Below, piece after piece: positions 45,411 to 63,774 of a DNA stretch of 64,000 nucleotides; position 1 is the stretch's first letter; every line of letters starts with the position of its first letter. Position numbers and translations under genes: made by a program. The notes under the pieces are model-generated. The model ran no database searches. It saw only the letters and a program-made list of their open reading frames with translations, and was not told the origin of the DNA. This stretch comes from Tubiluchus corallicola. Its lineage: Eukaryota; Animalia; Priapulida. The stretch lies in NCBI GenBank assembly GCA_030141605.1, contig JAQGDQ010000027.1, positions 849,847 to 913,846 on the forward strand, read 5' to 3'.

Positions 45411-47408
45411 TCACATTTTTTCCACTGGTTTAATTCCTAGAATTTTAAAACATTGTTCCAGGATTCTTGCAGTGGCTTCGCACAGAACGATTCGTCCGAA
45501 GTTAATTTTGACTTCAGTACCAGGTAACTTTTCTATACAGTAACAGTTATCATAAAACTCACTAAAGTGTGTACATAAATCATACATGTACTCACACAGT
45601 GCATGCAGTAAAAGATCATCTGTCATTTTTAAGATTACGTCAGTAAAGCGTAGCAGTGCTTTTCCAAGCTTCCATTCCTTAGGATGATCGAGCGATGCAG
45701 GTGTGGTAGCAAACAGAGCTTTCAGAGAGTCAGCCTCAAGCTTGGCAGTCCTTACTATGGATCGTATTCTTGTATAAGCGTATAGTAAATATACCGCAGT
45801 ATTGCCTTTATCCTCCAGCATTTTGTCAAAAGAGAATACGTAGTCATTGGTTCGGCAATGGGAGAGATCAGCATACTTTATGCATCCGTATGCAACTGAT
45901 TCTTGTGCATCTTTCAGTTCTTGTGGTGTTAAGACTTTGTCTCGTTCTTTTTCCTTTAGCTTGTCCATAGCACGTACCAAGCCTTCGTCTAACAAGTTCC
46001 GCAGTTTTACTGTTTCACCAGAACGCGTCTTGAATTTCTTTTTGTCTTCGCCAAGCACCACGCCAAAGCCAACATGTTCAACTCTAACTAACTCCGGGTT
46101 ATACCAACCAACCTCGCGTGCCGCTGCAAAAATAGTATGGAAATGCGTTGCCTGCCCCATGTCTACTACATAAATTAACCAATCTGCATGCTCATCATAC
46201 AAGCGATTTTTTATCGCAGCCATGTCTGATGTATCATATGTGTAGCCACCATCACTTTTAACTATGGTAAGCGGAATGGTACAATCTCGAGGAAACCATA
46301 TTAGCCGACCGTCATCTTCAGTTAATAGCCCTTTCCGTTTCAAATCACTAACCACCTCATCCATCATGTCCTGATAATAAGACTCACCCCGCTCTACTAG
46401 TGCTACATCTAGCTTCTCATATATGCTATCAAAGTCTTTACGTGACACATCACAAATCAGATTCCATGCTTTTATTGTATCACTCTCTCTACTCTGCAAT
46501 TTGACAACACACTCGTAAGCACGCTTTTTAAAATCTGCTTCACTGTCAAATCTGATCTTCGATTCTTTATAAAATCCCAACAAGTCACTAATATTTGGGG
46601 AGACTTCCAAGTAATTCGGAAATTTTTCCTTTAAATGAGCTATTAGCATACCAAACTGAGTGCCCCAATCTCCTATGTGATTAATTCTCAGAACATCATG
46701 TCCCAGAAATTCTAGAAGACGGCATATGCTATCTCCGATAACAGTTGATCTAAGATGACCCACATGCATTTCCTTTGCCACATTTGGTGATGAGAAATCA
46801 ACACAAACTCTTTTCTTCTCACTAACAACAGGGGGTTTAATGCCACTAACTAACAGATGTGAAAGTAGTTTTGATACAAATGTTTGCTTGAGGTGCACAT
46901 TGATGAATCCTGGACCGGCATTCTCGACCTTGCTCACAATATCATTTTCAGGAAGACTTTCAATTATTTTCTCAGCAATATCTCTGGGGTTACATTTCTC
47001 ATTCTTTTTCTTCAAAGACTGTGCAATTGGCATTGCACTATTACACTGGTAATCACCAAATTTCTCGTTTGTTGCTGCTTGTACTAGAACAGGACAATTT
47101 TCAACATCGGGAAATGCATTTCTAATAGCCACAAAAAATAACTCTTCTACAGATTTCTGAATACTGATCATGCCTCCTCTTGCCTTCTCTTGTTCTCTAG
47201 CCAGTGCTCGTTCAAGTTGAACTAACTGATACTTTAATTTATCATTCTCTGTCTTCAGCTTGCTAAGTTCGACATCAGATTTAGGCCCTTGGTGAGACGT
47301 AACATCTTTAGCGGCTTGTTTTAGATTTAAAAGTTCAGCTTCAAACTTGTCAATGTCTTGTTCAGCTTGCTGTGCTTGCAAGATATATTCTTCAATGGCA
47401 GATTCCAT
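45411..47408 (-). CDS. RARS1: Cytoplasmic arginyl-tRNA synthetase, 665 aa, intronless CDS
   Basis: [36 protein letters not shown] (HIGH-like), [37 protein letters not shown]; N-terminal coiled-coil extension. Confidence 0.98.
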   Translation of the reverse strand: MESAIEEYILQAQQAEQDIDKFEAELLNLKQAAKDVTSHQGPKSDVELSKLKTENDKLKYQLVQLERALAREQEKARGGMISIQKSVEELFFVAIRNAFPDVENCPVLVQAATNEKFGDYQCNSAMPIAQSLKKKNEKCNPRDIAEKIIESLPENDIVSKVENAGPGFINVHLKQTFVSKLLSHLLVSGIKPPVVSEKKRVCVDFSSPNVAKEMHVGHLRSTVIGDSICRLLEFLGHDVLRINHIGDWGTQFGMLIAHLKEKFPNYLEVSPNISDLLGFYKESKIRFDSEADFKKRAYECVVKLQSRESDTIKAWNLICDVSRKDFDSIYEKLDVALVERGESYYQDMMDEVVSDLKRKGLLTEDDGRLIWFPRDCTIPLTIVKSDGGYTYDTSDMAAIKNRLYDEHADWLIYVVDMGQATHFHTIFAAAREVGWYNPELVRVEHVGFGVVLGEDKKKFKTRSGETVKLRNLLDEGLVRAMDKLKEKERDKVLTPQELKDAQESVAYGCIKYADLSHCRTNDYVFSFDKMLEDKGNTAVYLLYAYTRIRSIVRTAKLEADSLKALFATTPASLDHPKEWKLGKALLRFTDVILKMTDDLLLHALCEYMYDLCTHFSEFYDNCYCIEKLPGTEVKINFGRIVLCEATARILEQCFKILGIKPVEKM

Positions 47409-49899
47409 CGCCTGAAATTGTTTTTAAACATATTAATAAATGCACATGAAGAGCAACATGTGAGGCTTCGCATATAATCTGTAAGAAACAGATCCTAAGA
47501 AACAGACAGGATTTTGCAGATACTGTTTGGATCAACATAACTCAATTCGCTGGGGAGGTCTATAGTAGATTCTATGCTAAAAAAAAGTAGTTAAGCATGT
47601 AACAGAACATACTTAGACTGCAAGACTTTTACCACAAATAAAATTTATCATCACAAACTTTTTTATAAACAAATTGCATCCAGTGCCAGCAAGCCTAGTT
47701 GCTAATGAACGCAAGATACTACAGTCAGAAATGAAAAACATAAATGTGTTGAAAATTACAGAATTCTTAGGCCCGTTGATCTGTTGATGTTCTCAAAACA
47801 AAATGAGATTGTATTGAAAAACAATTTTCTGGTTAAGAATTGCCACAGAATTAAATACCATCCATGTGTAGAGAAAGACAGCCACCCTGCATATCGAACA
47901 ATACTTCAAAGCGTGTCATTCAAAGGCTGTTTCTACTATACAACCAAGTGCAGTTTTTCTATTGTACAACACGTACAACAGATCTTAGAATTTGTATTGG
48001 AACATGGCCTTCACCTTCCACCTTGGTGTTTTTATGTAACTTCTGTTTTTGGTGAGATAAAACAATCAGTCCAAAGTCTCAAAGAGTAACACTGCAGCTG
48101 GAGAGATGGTAAATGACACCCTTTGTTGCTTCACTTTTCCAAGAGTTTAGCAATTTGTCTCTACACACACATTGTAGTATTGAAATCTACGAGAATTCCA
48201 CAGATAGGAGCCCAGAGAAAAACACCGGATGTGTTCTGCCTCTGCCTCTACAAATGTCAAGCCAAAAGTAATCCAGGATAAAAATTTCAGTAGCACCAAA
48301 ATCAGTGTTCCGAACAAGCATCACCACTTAGGAAACACAAGTTGGAAATGAGAGATTGTGACAGCACCTTTCATAAATGTAGGGATAAAAGAGACTTAAA
48401 TGTAGAAACAGGTCTTCAATATAGCAAGAGATTGCAACCCACAGTTAGCCAAAAATTTTGTTAAGTGGGTTGAAGTAACAAGCTAAGGCAGTAGCTTAGG
48501 TATGGCTGCAGTGCTCCTAAATGAGTTTCAAGGATCTGCAAAACAGTAATATGTTCATTTTAAAACCTGCAAAAATAAAGAGCTTATAAAATGTACCTTT
48601 ATTGAGTTAACAAAGGCTGAAACAGAACTTAAGCCAAACATACTATAACGGGAAATACTACGAAATATGTCAGAATTCAAATGATGTTTAACTTCAAAAA
48701 TACATACAATATGTGAGAAATTTAACATGCTCACTAAGAAGATACAATGGAACATATCATTTATATTTGCAGTTGCTTAAGTCAAGTAAATGGATTTGAT
48801 GGCAATCCTCAGGGGGATTTGATGGCAATTTGACGCCCCAGAGGTACACGATATAATTCATTTAACACTATGATAACATGAAATCCTATAAAATAATTCA
48901 ATTCAATTATCAAATGAAGAGATACAAACATGTACGTTATGAGAAGAATTGTTGAGTGCATGATGGCCATATGGACTATAGAATAAAAATTTAATGTGGA
49001 ATCAAGACAATAAGCTGCATACAGCGCATATAGATCCTGAACTCCTGTAGTGAATCCTCTCGAGTGTTTGCTGGAACTAGCTTACAGTGTGGACAGAGGT
49101 TAAGCATAAATAACTGCTTTTTACCCATCCAATTTTCTCTGGATGCTTTATTTATGTTGAATATTCTAGTGGGTGGTGGCGCTAATGATACGATCCGGAA
49201 GATAGTATTAGTGTGTTCTTTGTATGATGGACAGTGTCAGGTTGCTTCAAAAATCCAAGGGTCTTGCTGCCATTGCGGAAGTCTAGGATCAATATATTTC
49301 TCCGGATCATTGGCCCAGAATACTCAGGAAGCTTGGTTCTAGGTATTTACAACACGGCTGCAAAGAAATTTTGTCTTCTTCCCCATTTTAAGACAGATTT
49401 CTTATTGATTTTAAGTGAATGCCCTCTTGTCTTATGATATATCTGAAGCTCAAACATTTTGTTACTGTCTATCCAGTCAGTACCCTTGAGGATTCTAAAT
49501 ATCTGGATCATATCTTGCCTGTGTCTTCCATATTAAGTGTTGTAAGTCCTAAGTGTCTTAACTTATCAGGATACGGTCTTTCGGCTATACTGAAATTTAA
49601 CTATTCAACTATGATGAAGACTAGAGGTCATTCATGCACTAGAGGTTGCCTATATTAATACTTTTGAGGTATGATAGGAGGCAAAGCACGTTTTTGTAAA
49701 TATCCACCCATAAAGGGCATAATGAATTCTTTACTATCTTGTTTTGTTACATGACTATTCTCACAATGTGCTCACTCTTATGGCAAAACACTATAGAACA
49801 TTTTATTTTCTCCAGCGTTATTTACAACGATAGCGTTAGCTGAGCCATTTAACTGTAAAAAATTCAATGTAAGTTTTATTTAACAACGCTTGAATTAAT

Positions 49900-50220
49900 T
49901 AAGAATAAGACGACTGTGACACCTTAGAGCCTATATTAATAGAGCCTTAGAGCCAATAGAGGTTTATAAAATACTAACTAGAAAAGAAAACATTTTGCCT
50001 GAAAAATTCTTTAATTTAGTTGTTCATTCTAAAACTAGAGGAAATAGTTTAGAACTGTTTAAAGACCGGTCATTCTTGACATTCGCAAATATTCATTTAC
50101 TGCAAGAGCAGTGAATGAATGGTATAATCCGCCGCCACGATGACTGCCGCACCAACCATAGTAAAGTTTAAATCCTTAATCGGCAATTATATCGTGTTTC
50201 TATGAGTGTACTCGCTTATT
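49900..50220 (+). mobile_element. CR1-clade LINE 3' fragment
   Basis: Decayed ORF2 C-terminus IEVYKILT..FFNL..KTRGNSLELFK..DIRKYSFTARAVNEW..APTIVKFK; boundaries approximate. Confidence 0.75.
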
Positions 50221-50426
50221 CCCTAATCATGATAGTAGAACCAAACAACAAAATTCTACAGTATATACTTCAGCTAATGCTAAAATTGACAAATCCTCGA
50301 AAAATGCCTGAGTAAGTGCACAGAACACGTGTTCAGTTCACCGCGTTCCATGAACCAGTAACCGGATGTACATTTTATCGTTAGACTGGGTGTATGTGTA
50401 GTATAACTTTTTAAAGTTACTGCGCA

Positions 50427-50496
50427 AGAGACGATTCTAGAATTTACGTCATATCCGCTCACTATATAAAGGAAACACGCCGCTTTTCTTTCTTTG
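50427..50496 (+). promoter_or_regulatory. HSC70 core promoter: HSE, TATA box, pyrimidine-rich (TOP-like) initiator
   Basis: GAC-ga-TTC-ta-GAA-tt-TAC alternating nGAAn units (~50430-50447), TATATAAA at 50463-50470 and CTTTTCTTTCTTT at 50483-50495. The non-coding exon ends GAATAG|gtaaac at 50607; the acceptor ends at 50794. Confidence 0.7.
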
Positions 50497-50818
50497 ATCA
50501 ATTCCTGAGTGTGACTCATTGGTTGGTGAGGAAAGTTTTCAGTGATCCTTTGTATAACCTCATCGCTGGTTTTCCGCTTACACTTTAACTAATCGCCAGA
50601 AGAATAGGTAAACGATCTGCATATTCGCTTAGTTTTAAAAAATAACACTATTTTAAGTACATTAACTTAGTATGTAAAAGTAAAACACGTGTTCGATTTT
50701 ATAGTGTGGATACAATCAGCATCTTACGGTTAAGTATCACTGAGTGTATAATGGTAAACGAAACAAAATCATTTTTTATTTTTCGTCTTTTTAGACTTGT
50801 CTTCGTTCAACTGATAAG

Positions 50819-55672
<4,854 letters not shown>

Positions 55673-56295
55673 ACATGGCATAGACACCTTACAGACATAG
55701 CCAAGAAAAGTACTAGAAAAGTTGAAATAAAATGTGATGGCCAATATTTCCAGCTTGCAAATAAAAGGCTCATTTTTTGGTTGGTTGGTTTGACCAAATT
55801 TCTTGTGATCATGTGATTCTCAACAGTTCGGAAATGTTTTGTCTTACAAGCAATAGAAACTGACATGGAGTTGACAAAATATTGCGTAAATTTGTTTAAC
55901 TATGTAATTTATTTGATGTCTTGGTTGTACATTGCACGTTATATACACTAACAACGTAAATTTGAAAACCGTAAATGTGATTAAGCACATGTGATATTTC
56001 ATGTTTTGTTAATTAAAGTGTTTATTTGCACTGCCACAATGACTTGTTTGCAGTAGCCCTCACAATAAAACATTATTTCAACAGTTTCTCTATTCAGTTG
56101 TTTTATAGAGACATAAAATAAATCTCTTGGTACACTATTATTAAAATGAAACTTTGTAGGATAAACATATGCTGTCATTCAAATAAGCTTAAATGGTGCC
56201 TTTCTAAGTACGTGTAAGACTAAGTTTCTTAAGACACCTGACCTTGCTATTGCATCACATTTTTTGGCTTGGAGTTGTCAAGCAACAGGAATTTG

Positions 56296-56450
56296 CTTTT
56301 TTAACAAGTTCATCTACGTATACCAATACTGTTTAATCTATGCATATCTAAAAACACAAGCATTATCATGATGTGCTTTTTTAACAAGTTCACTTACGTA
56401 TACTAATACTGTTTAATCTATGCATATCTAAAAACAAGCATTATCGTGAC
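56296..56450. repeat. ~80-bp tandem duplication between the HSC70 and COA3 3' ends
   Basis: GCTTTTTTAACAAGTTCA..TACGTATAC.AATACTGTTTAATCTATGCATATCTAAAAAC..AGCATTATC occurs twice. Confidence 0.9.
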
Positions 56451-56605
56451 ATGTTTACTTGCACATGCTTGCAGTTACTGATAAAATGGTCCGATCTAGA
56501 AGGTGGAAGGTTTGTGCTGTGAATTTTGTTTCTTCATAATTCGATCTATCGAAACTAAACGCTAATTTTAATTGTTCCGCACAAGGACTAAAACATAACT
56601 AGTTG

Positions 56606-57523
56606 TTAGCTCTTATTTTCTTTTGGCATTTCTTCAAAGTCCAAAAATTTTTCCTGTTTGACAGCAAACATTGTGTATAGATCTAGTCTGATGTTAAGAA
56701 AATACAAATGAAATTAGCTAATACGGTTGCACACACTGTTAATTTCTTTTATTGGGTTATGTGCATAAAGGTACGTGGCGCCATCTATTTCCAAATATAA
56801 TTATCCTTTAGCCTAAATCACCCATAAATACTTTGTTGCTCAAATCGTTTACTAGGTACAAATTAGCACCATAAATAATATGACACCGTTTTATTAATTA
56901 CATATAATAATACGTAACAAGAATCTCAATTTATAGTCTTGTTTCAAATCAGGGCCACGGCAAGAAACTAAATGAGAAGTAAGCTAACTTCTATGCAAAA
57001 CAGAAAGTGGTGATTTGTTGGTTAAAAATTAAAACAAGGATCTGTACGAACAACGATTTCTCCATCCACATCATGTATAAACTGAGTCACCAAACAATCG
57101 AAAATGGAAAGTTGTACTCTGACCAGATTATACTTAATACTGCAGATGGATTTTTCGTGCATTATTGATTATAATAATTTGCGTACAAGTGTAACTACTT
57201 ACAAAATGTGTTTCCGGCGCCATTGTCCGTTAAATAACAGTATTATTGGTATCATAGTCACAAGGTATCCCAGGATAAAACTGATCCATAAACACATAAT
57301 AAAAATGTACTCATTCTCTGATACAAAAAAGGATACATATTCCCAATACACCACTTGCAATAGCAATTCCTGTTCCAATGTTGCGCCGCCTAATCTTCTG
57401 AAGTCTTTTTACTCGTTCTAAATTTATCGTTTCGACTTTTCGTATAGAATCCTGCTGAACTTGGTTTAGTTTTGGCAATTCTTTCTCCATATCAATTTTC
57501 TCCATCTTCTCTCCAGACCCCAT
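56606..57523 (-). CDS. COA3: Cytochrome c oxidase assembly factor 3 (CCDC56), 2 coding exons, ~87 aa
   Basis: Exons 57337-57523 and 56606-56682 give ..RRRNIGTGIAIASGVLGIYLYTMFAVKQEKFLDFEE.., matching the COA3 RRN..TG..IY.YT..QE.FLD pattern. An acceptor at 57562 implies an upstream UTR exon. Confidence 0.88.
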
Positions 57524-58513
57524 TGTGTTCAGCAAACGTCAGCTATAGTTTATATTTACACCTAAGAAGGATACTTATTAAACGAGAAACATTTCACTTT
57601 GCTCATGTTAATGCACAACCTCAAACATTAATAAACTGAGATATACCAGACACACTTATAATAGTAAACATTGTCCAACTCACACCTAGAAGTCCACGAG
57701 ATAAAATTTTAGTTGACGTGCAAACAAAATTTCAATACAGACACTCGGACTATCAAAGTTAAAGTGAAGCAATGATAATCTCAAAATTTCTACTTGCATA
57801 GCCACTAGTATTGTATAACTATGCAATTTACTTTGGATACTCAGAACAAGCTCACCTAAAAGCTACGTGAAAGAATGTTGCCAATGATGCACAGCACCTG
57901 CTGCTGGCTACATACACATATTTATTAAATTACCAGTAGACCAAACTTGATAAACAGCTCAATGTTGTATGTATGTAGTTGCCTTTGAGGACCTTGAACC
58001 TGTAGTTGCCTAAATACTCTTATCACTGTCCTTCTAAGTACTTCCTTATTCCTCTGTAATCTTACTCCTTCTATTTTTCTAATAATTTAACTAAACATTA
58101 CTTGCTAAAAATCCCCTTTCTTCATTTTTTTAATTTGCCTGCACATTATTTTACTGCCTAGAACTCTAGATGATATACCCAAAGTATAAAACAGCATTCA
58201 TATGTAAATGTTTCACAAGAGTGCAAAAAATAAACAGTAATTTTTAAGAATCAAGTTCAACCTTTATTATATTGGATCAAAGTTACAGCAAATTTGCAAC
58301 AAAAAAATCCTAAGCCGCTTTCAAGATTACCACTTTACTTTTGCTTTTTACCATGAGTTGGGCGCTGTCTGTCGCACTAACCCACGTGCCGCATTTGCAC
58401 TACACTACGCATGCGAGTCGTTGAATTTTGAGCCATTTGATCTTGAGTAGCCATCAGTGACTGCGACATCAAATTACACTCTTTCACTTCTTCATATCTG
58501 TTTTTCATGCAAC

Positions 58514-58542
58514 TTTCGATATTTAGTTATGGATTAAGTATT

Positions 58543-58625
<83 letters not shown>

Positions 58626-58729
58626 TTCTCACCTTTCTCACCATCCTCCTGGTAGATTTTCATCTGTCAGCCGGCGAACACTTGATAACGTCTCTCCATT
58701 TGTGTTCGCCATGAGTTATTTGAGCAAAA

Positions 58730-58774
<45 letters not shown>

Positions 58775-58813
58775 GCGAGAAAGCTATACTTAATCCATAA
58801 CTGAATATCGAAA
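58514..58813. mobile_element. Inverted-repeat element (MITE-like) enclosing (CT)n and (TA)n microsatellites
   Basis: TTTCGATATTTAGTTATGGATTAAGTATTGCT matches the reverse complement of AGCTATACTTAATCCATAACTGAATATCGAAA with 2 mismatches. Confidence 0.65.
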
Positions 58814-61800
58814 TCAAAATTTTAGGCAACCTTTTTTATTTCTTGTTCCCTTCCTTATTTGTAAAGATTGTTGACTATGTGATGCAAGCCAATGAATGTT
58901 TTCTGAATAAATGATGTAGAGAGGAACATTAATATACTATTATATAAATTGTTGTCATTATGTTAAAAATTTAATTAAAATCGTGAGCAGGGTATAAAGT
59001 CTTTGTCACTGTATCAATGAAGTAAGGCAAAGTGTTAACTGTGGCATTTTAACAAGCTATGTGGACTGTTTCCAACTATATTTCATCTATATGTAAATTG
59101 TACAATTCAATGTTCTAAGAACTTAAATTATTTATCCTGCCTGATTCCTATATAAGCTGACGTAATGTAATGTCTTTATTAATAATATTAAATTGTAACG
59201 AAATAAATTCACTAGCTAAGCCTATTTCTTGCAGACATCTGTTTCTTGCAGAAAACTGCATTATAATTGTTGTTACTTATATGAAACAAAAACTGTATAA
59301 AAGTACATTTGGCCTGCCAAATGAGCCACGAGTTGTAATATTTCCTATCATGCATACATGCACGATTCATACATGAGTCACAATTAAAAATATGGGAGCT
59401 ATAGACAACTCGATCATCAGCCTGCAATGGCAACATAATTTATGACCCATGCAGTTTACAAAAAAGTGCCATGGCATATAATTAGGTGGTCAAAAGTTTA
59501 ACAATTAAAGTAATATTACTTACTTTAGTACATTTAGATTATAAATTTAATTTATTATGTAATATTATTTTAATATGCAATTTATTTTTATTAAATAGAG
59601 ATGGAAAACTGATGTTGCCTGTCTGTGTAAGGCTTGTGTAGATCTCGCGACATTGGGCTGAATGAATTTCCGCATTGTGCGGTGTACGGGCTAGTGCGGT
59701 AAATGGCTTCTAGCGTCATGTTTTGAACCATAACCAGAAATCTTCAGCACTTTTTAAAGGGCACATCCTGCAGTCAAAGGCTTCTTTTATTGCTAATTTC
59801 CCTAATCATAGAAAGCTTTCGACACTACTAAGAGTACTTTGTTATAATCGGGAACGATGATGAGCTCCTTATAGTTAATATCTACCAGAAAACTTTGAAG
59901 TCCAAGTTACCTGTGAAGTCATAAAACCATTGAGCCAACAGTCCAACATTGGCGTAACCTTTGGGTAAGCTTACCAAGGGGTGATTGAGTCACACAGATG
60001 GTTCTGTGTGACTCAATCCCATTTTATTTACTTTCTATGTAGTTGTTGCGTGGATCAATTTCGTAAGGAATCTTTTCACATGCAAGATCACAAATACTTA
60101 GATAAAGTTCCAGGTAACATACAACCAAAACATCAAAAAATGCATAAATTTTACTGTGTGAAGGCAGAACTTGTTAGCATCAAAGGCAGTATGCAGCTGG
60201 TATTTCTTTGGCAAGAAGAGGTTGGCAAAGGACGCTGCCAGCAAAACTCAAAGAAATTACGTATCTTAAAAGTTACCAGAAACAAAACCGATGAGTTTAA
60301 AAATGAATTAAAAAGAAAACGTGTGAATAAAGTGTGAGCATAGCAAGGTGTACTAGAACTTTGGCGAATAGTTGGTCTTCTGAATTATGACTGATTCTTT
60401 CCATTGAAATCTGGTAAAATTCTTGGTCACACTACCTTTGGTCAGTTAGGTAATGAGTATAACTGGATGAATAGTTATAAAAGTGAGAGACCACTGACCG
60501 GAGGTGAGGTAGATTAATTACTCATGCAGATGGATTTCGCACAAAAGTTCTCAGTGCAACATATTAAATTCCGAATGACACTTTATCTTGGATGCCATTT
60601 AAAGACAAATCATGATAGACGATAATTATGATGTGATGCGACATGATATAGTGTAATTTAAATGACAAATTATTACTGCATAAATATGTATAGCAGTCTG
60701 GCATATGATAATGAATATAAAGCATATAAAGCATTCTCCCTTCTCCATAAGGTTACACAACTTCAAATTAGACACATAATTGGAAAAAGTTTACAATAAA
60801 TTTTGGCTAATTGAAACGTAACTGTCACAGCCAACACTGAAACATTTGTCAGTAAAATATACTTGAAAACAACAACAGCATTATTTGAAAAAACATCAGA
60901 TCTGGCAATGTAATCATTTGAAAAGTTGACATCATAAGTTTCATTATACGTTATATATTAAGTATACCAAGTTTTCTAGGCCTGTTTAAATGCGGAAAAA
61001 CTAATAAAATTATTCCTTTTTCCTTCGTTTTCTTTCTAGAACAAAGTGGAGAAGTATGTGAAAGTGATTTCAAGTCAAGGTATTACAGCCACTCTTCACT
61101 TTCTTCAGTATTTTATTGCTTGAATGATTGAGTACCAAGAATTACATGCTGTGGCATATCTAATAGGGGAGCAACCTCTCCCTGAGCACATTTTTCAAAC
61201 TTGGCATGTTTTCAACAGTGCCAAAGCTCATTCATTTTGTTTTCATTTCACATTTAAAATTAAAATAATTAAATTAAACGTGTTTTATTATGTTTTGGTA
61301 TTTATGAACTTACTGTAAAACTTTTTACTGTGTTTTAATAAATAAATAATTATGTACTTCCTTTAAAACTGTATCTTGTGTTTTAATTTTAAACACGAAA
61401 TTAAAATGTATTGTCAATACCTTTAAAATTGTTTGGTATCTGTCACAGCACCTTTTTTATGTGCTTGCTCTGCTTAATTTTAGTACCTAGCTACAACCCT
61501 GATGATTGGTATCTTCTGTTGTGTTGTTTAGAAATAATTGTATTAGAAATCAAATTACCTAATTCTGGCTAAAAATGCATTAGAAATCTAATTGGGGTTA
61601 CAATGAAACAACGAAATTAACAGTCACGTAATGATAACAAAAGCAGCAAGCATAAAACTTTTGAAGCCAACAAATTAATTAAATGAAATGTATTCTTTAA
61701 TTTTAATTTTAATTCTAATTTTAATTTTATTTATTTTCAAAATATTAAAGAGTAACAGCCAAATATGCAACGGTAGTTTCATTGCCCATGCAGCTGCTGC

Positions 61801-62279
61801 ATATTAGGCTTGACCGAAAATGTAGAAAATATGTCAGCTCTACAAAAAGTTGAAGTGTAAAAACTCTTTATAGTTTACTTTCAGCATTACAACAATTTCT
61901 GGGAATAAATATTCTTTGTAGTAAAATCTTATCTGGAGCACTGCATTCATAAATGATTTTTTTCTGACTAATTTTAGTCTCGTGAAGAACTGGCGACATT
62001 TTAGAGAAAAGAGCTACTTTTCCTCATTGAACCTGTTTTATAACATGGCAATACTTATATATGTCTCTTTACCTTATTTATTGTAATTAAACCCCAATGA
62101 ACAACACTATACAGTTTACATGATTTTCACACTCAAGTCTGAATATGTGACAAAGTTGTTTCCCTTTGGCTATACAGGACTGGGACTAAACAGCAGTTAC
62201 TGAGTTGAGTGACGTTTTGCTTTAGGTTATGTAAAGTTTCATTACAATGACAAACAAAGTGAATTTCTACTGTCACTGA

Positions 62280-63774
62280 ATGTTCACTTGTGGAACCAGA
62301 ATACTGCAACGACAGTCTTGGAAATGCTGTGTTGCGGAAAAGCTTGCTCAGGTTTTTCGTTACAGGTAAGCATGAATTGCCTGAAACTGTAGCATTTCAC
62401 TTAACTTTCTTTCATTAACTTAAAATTAAATTTTATTACTGTTTCTTTAGACATCATGGAACACATTTTGCCATTATTTATGAAGGCAAACTTTTTAAAA
62501 ATCTCAAAATAAACAGATATATATATCTGTTTATTATATATATATTGCATGTATTATATGTACATGTACTTTGCCTGTTCACACTGACATCCTCAATGGT
62601 GGATAATTATCTTACCTCACGAGCTCATATTAGTGATAAGTTGCTATGGAAATTCTGTAGTGAATGACTTTTAAAAACGAATTATCGAAACAGAGTTAAT
62701 GGAATAGAGCTTTCCCGAGCGATGAAAAATTGGTTTGCTTTGAAAAATTGCCAAACTTCTCTTGTTTAGAAACTCCGAATTAATTTTTAACAATCCTAAA
62801 TTTATTCTGTTCTATATATCTAAATTGAATTTTCTTAATCATTGTCTGGACTTGTCTTTAGTACCTTGTGAACATGTTAACTAGTACAGTTGTCTTAAAT
62901 CTAAGTGTAGGCAACAAACTATTATAGTTCTTAAGTATTCACTGATTGCTTGCGTTAGCCCGGATATCGGATAAGACGGACGTCATCCGTGGTAAAGGAA
63001 ACTGACCGATTTCCGTCCGAGCCCGAGCGCTAAACACAACACGGCCTACCAACTGTACAATAATTTCTTTATCCTCACAGGTTAACTATTTTAAAGTAAT
63101 ATACAGTATAGTATATAGTGCAATGTATATGGGCCTTATTAAGGTGATTATTCCTGTATAATATAGACCATATATAGGCATATCGGATAAATCGGACAAT
63201 CGGCTAAACCGGACCACCCACCCCCCCAATTAGTCTGGTTTAACGAGGGTTGACTGTACTCGTATATGGTTTTAGAAGAAATCCTTTTTCGATATAGCTG
63301 CTTCATTGTTGTTGTATTGTTTGTTGTTATTGTTATTTTTGTTAACTCTAACAGTTATTATTGGTTATAGGTACTGTCACAGTACCACTATATGCTTTTT
63401 TACTTTTTTAGATATTTGTCTAGAAATATATACCAGTTTAGTAAAATGGCTGCTAAACTACATTCACTCAACTTTGACAATAGAGCTCTGCGGCTGCTTC
63501 CTGTTGATCCCGTGCTGGAAAACGAAACTCGCACTGTACCCAATGCTTGTTTTTCCCGAGTTGATCCGACTCAAGTTGCTCAACCGCAGTTTGTGGCTGT
63601 TTCTAAATCTGCCGTGGGATTGCTGGATTTAGATGAATCTGATCTGGAACACGAAGATGCTGTACAGTATTTTAGCGGAAATAAATTACTACCCGGATCA
63701 GAAACTGCTTCCCATTGTTACTGTGGATATCAGTTTGGCAGTTTTTCTGGACAGCTCGGCGATGGTGCTGCTAT
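62280..63774 (+). CDS. SELENOO: Selenoprotein O / protein adenylyltransferase SelO, first two coding exons (gene continues past the window)
   Basis: Exons 62280-62365 and 63412-63774. [58 protein letters not shown] is the SelO signature; Arg-rich presequence. Confidence 0.9.
62950..63256. mobile_element. Tigger/pogo-like MITE fragment in a SELENOO intron
   Basis: Right end GTCTGGTTTAACGAGGGTTGACTG|TA with TCGGATAA..CGGAC subterminal repeats; left end uncertain. Confidence 0.5.

Noticed and set aside
45770-47087. Plus-strand ORFs overlapping RARS1 (and minus-strand ORFs over HSC70 exons)
   Set aside because: Antisense shadows of real coding sequence.
47780-49660. Short ORFs upstream of RARS1
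   Set aside because: No coherent protein; only hints of old LINE sequence (KYLDHIL, TRGH), insufficient to annotate.
59981-60337. 118-aa ORF between COA3 and SELENOO
   Set aside because: No recognisable domain and a non-ATG start; may be UTR or decayed transposon sequence.
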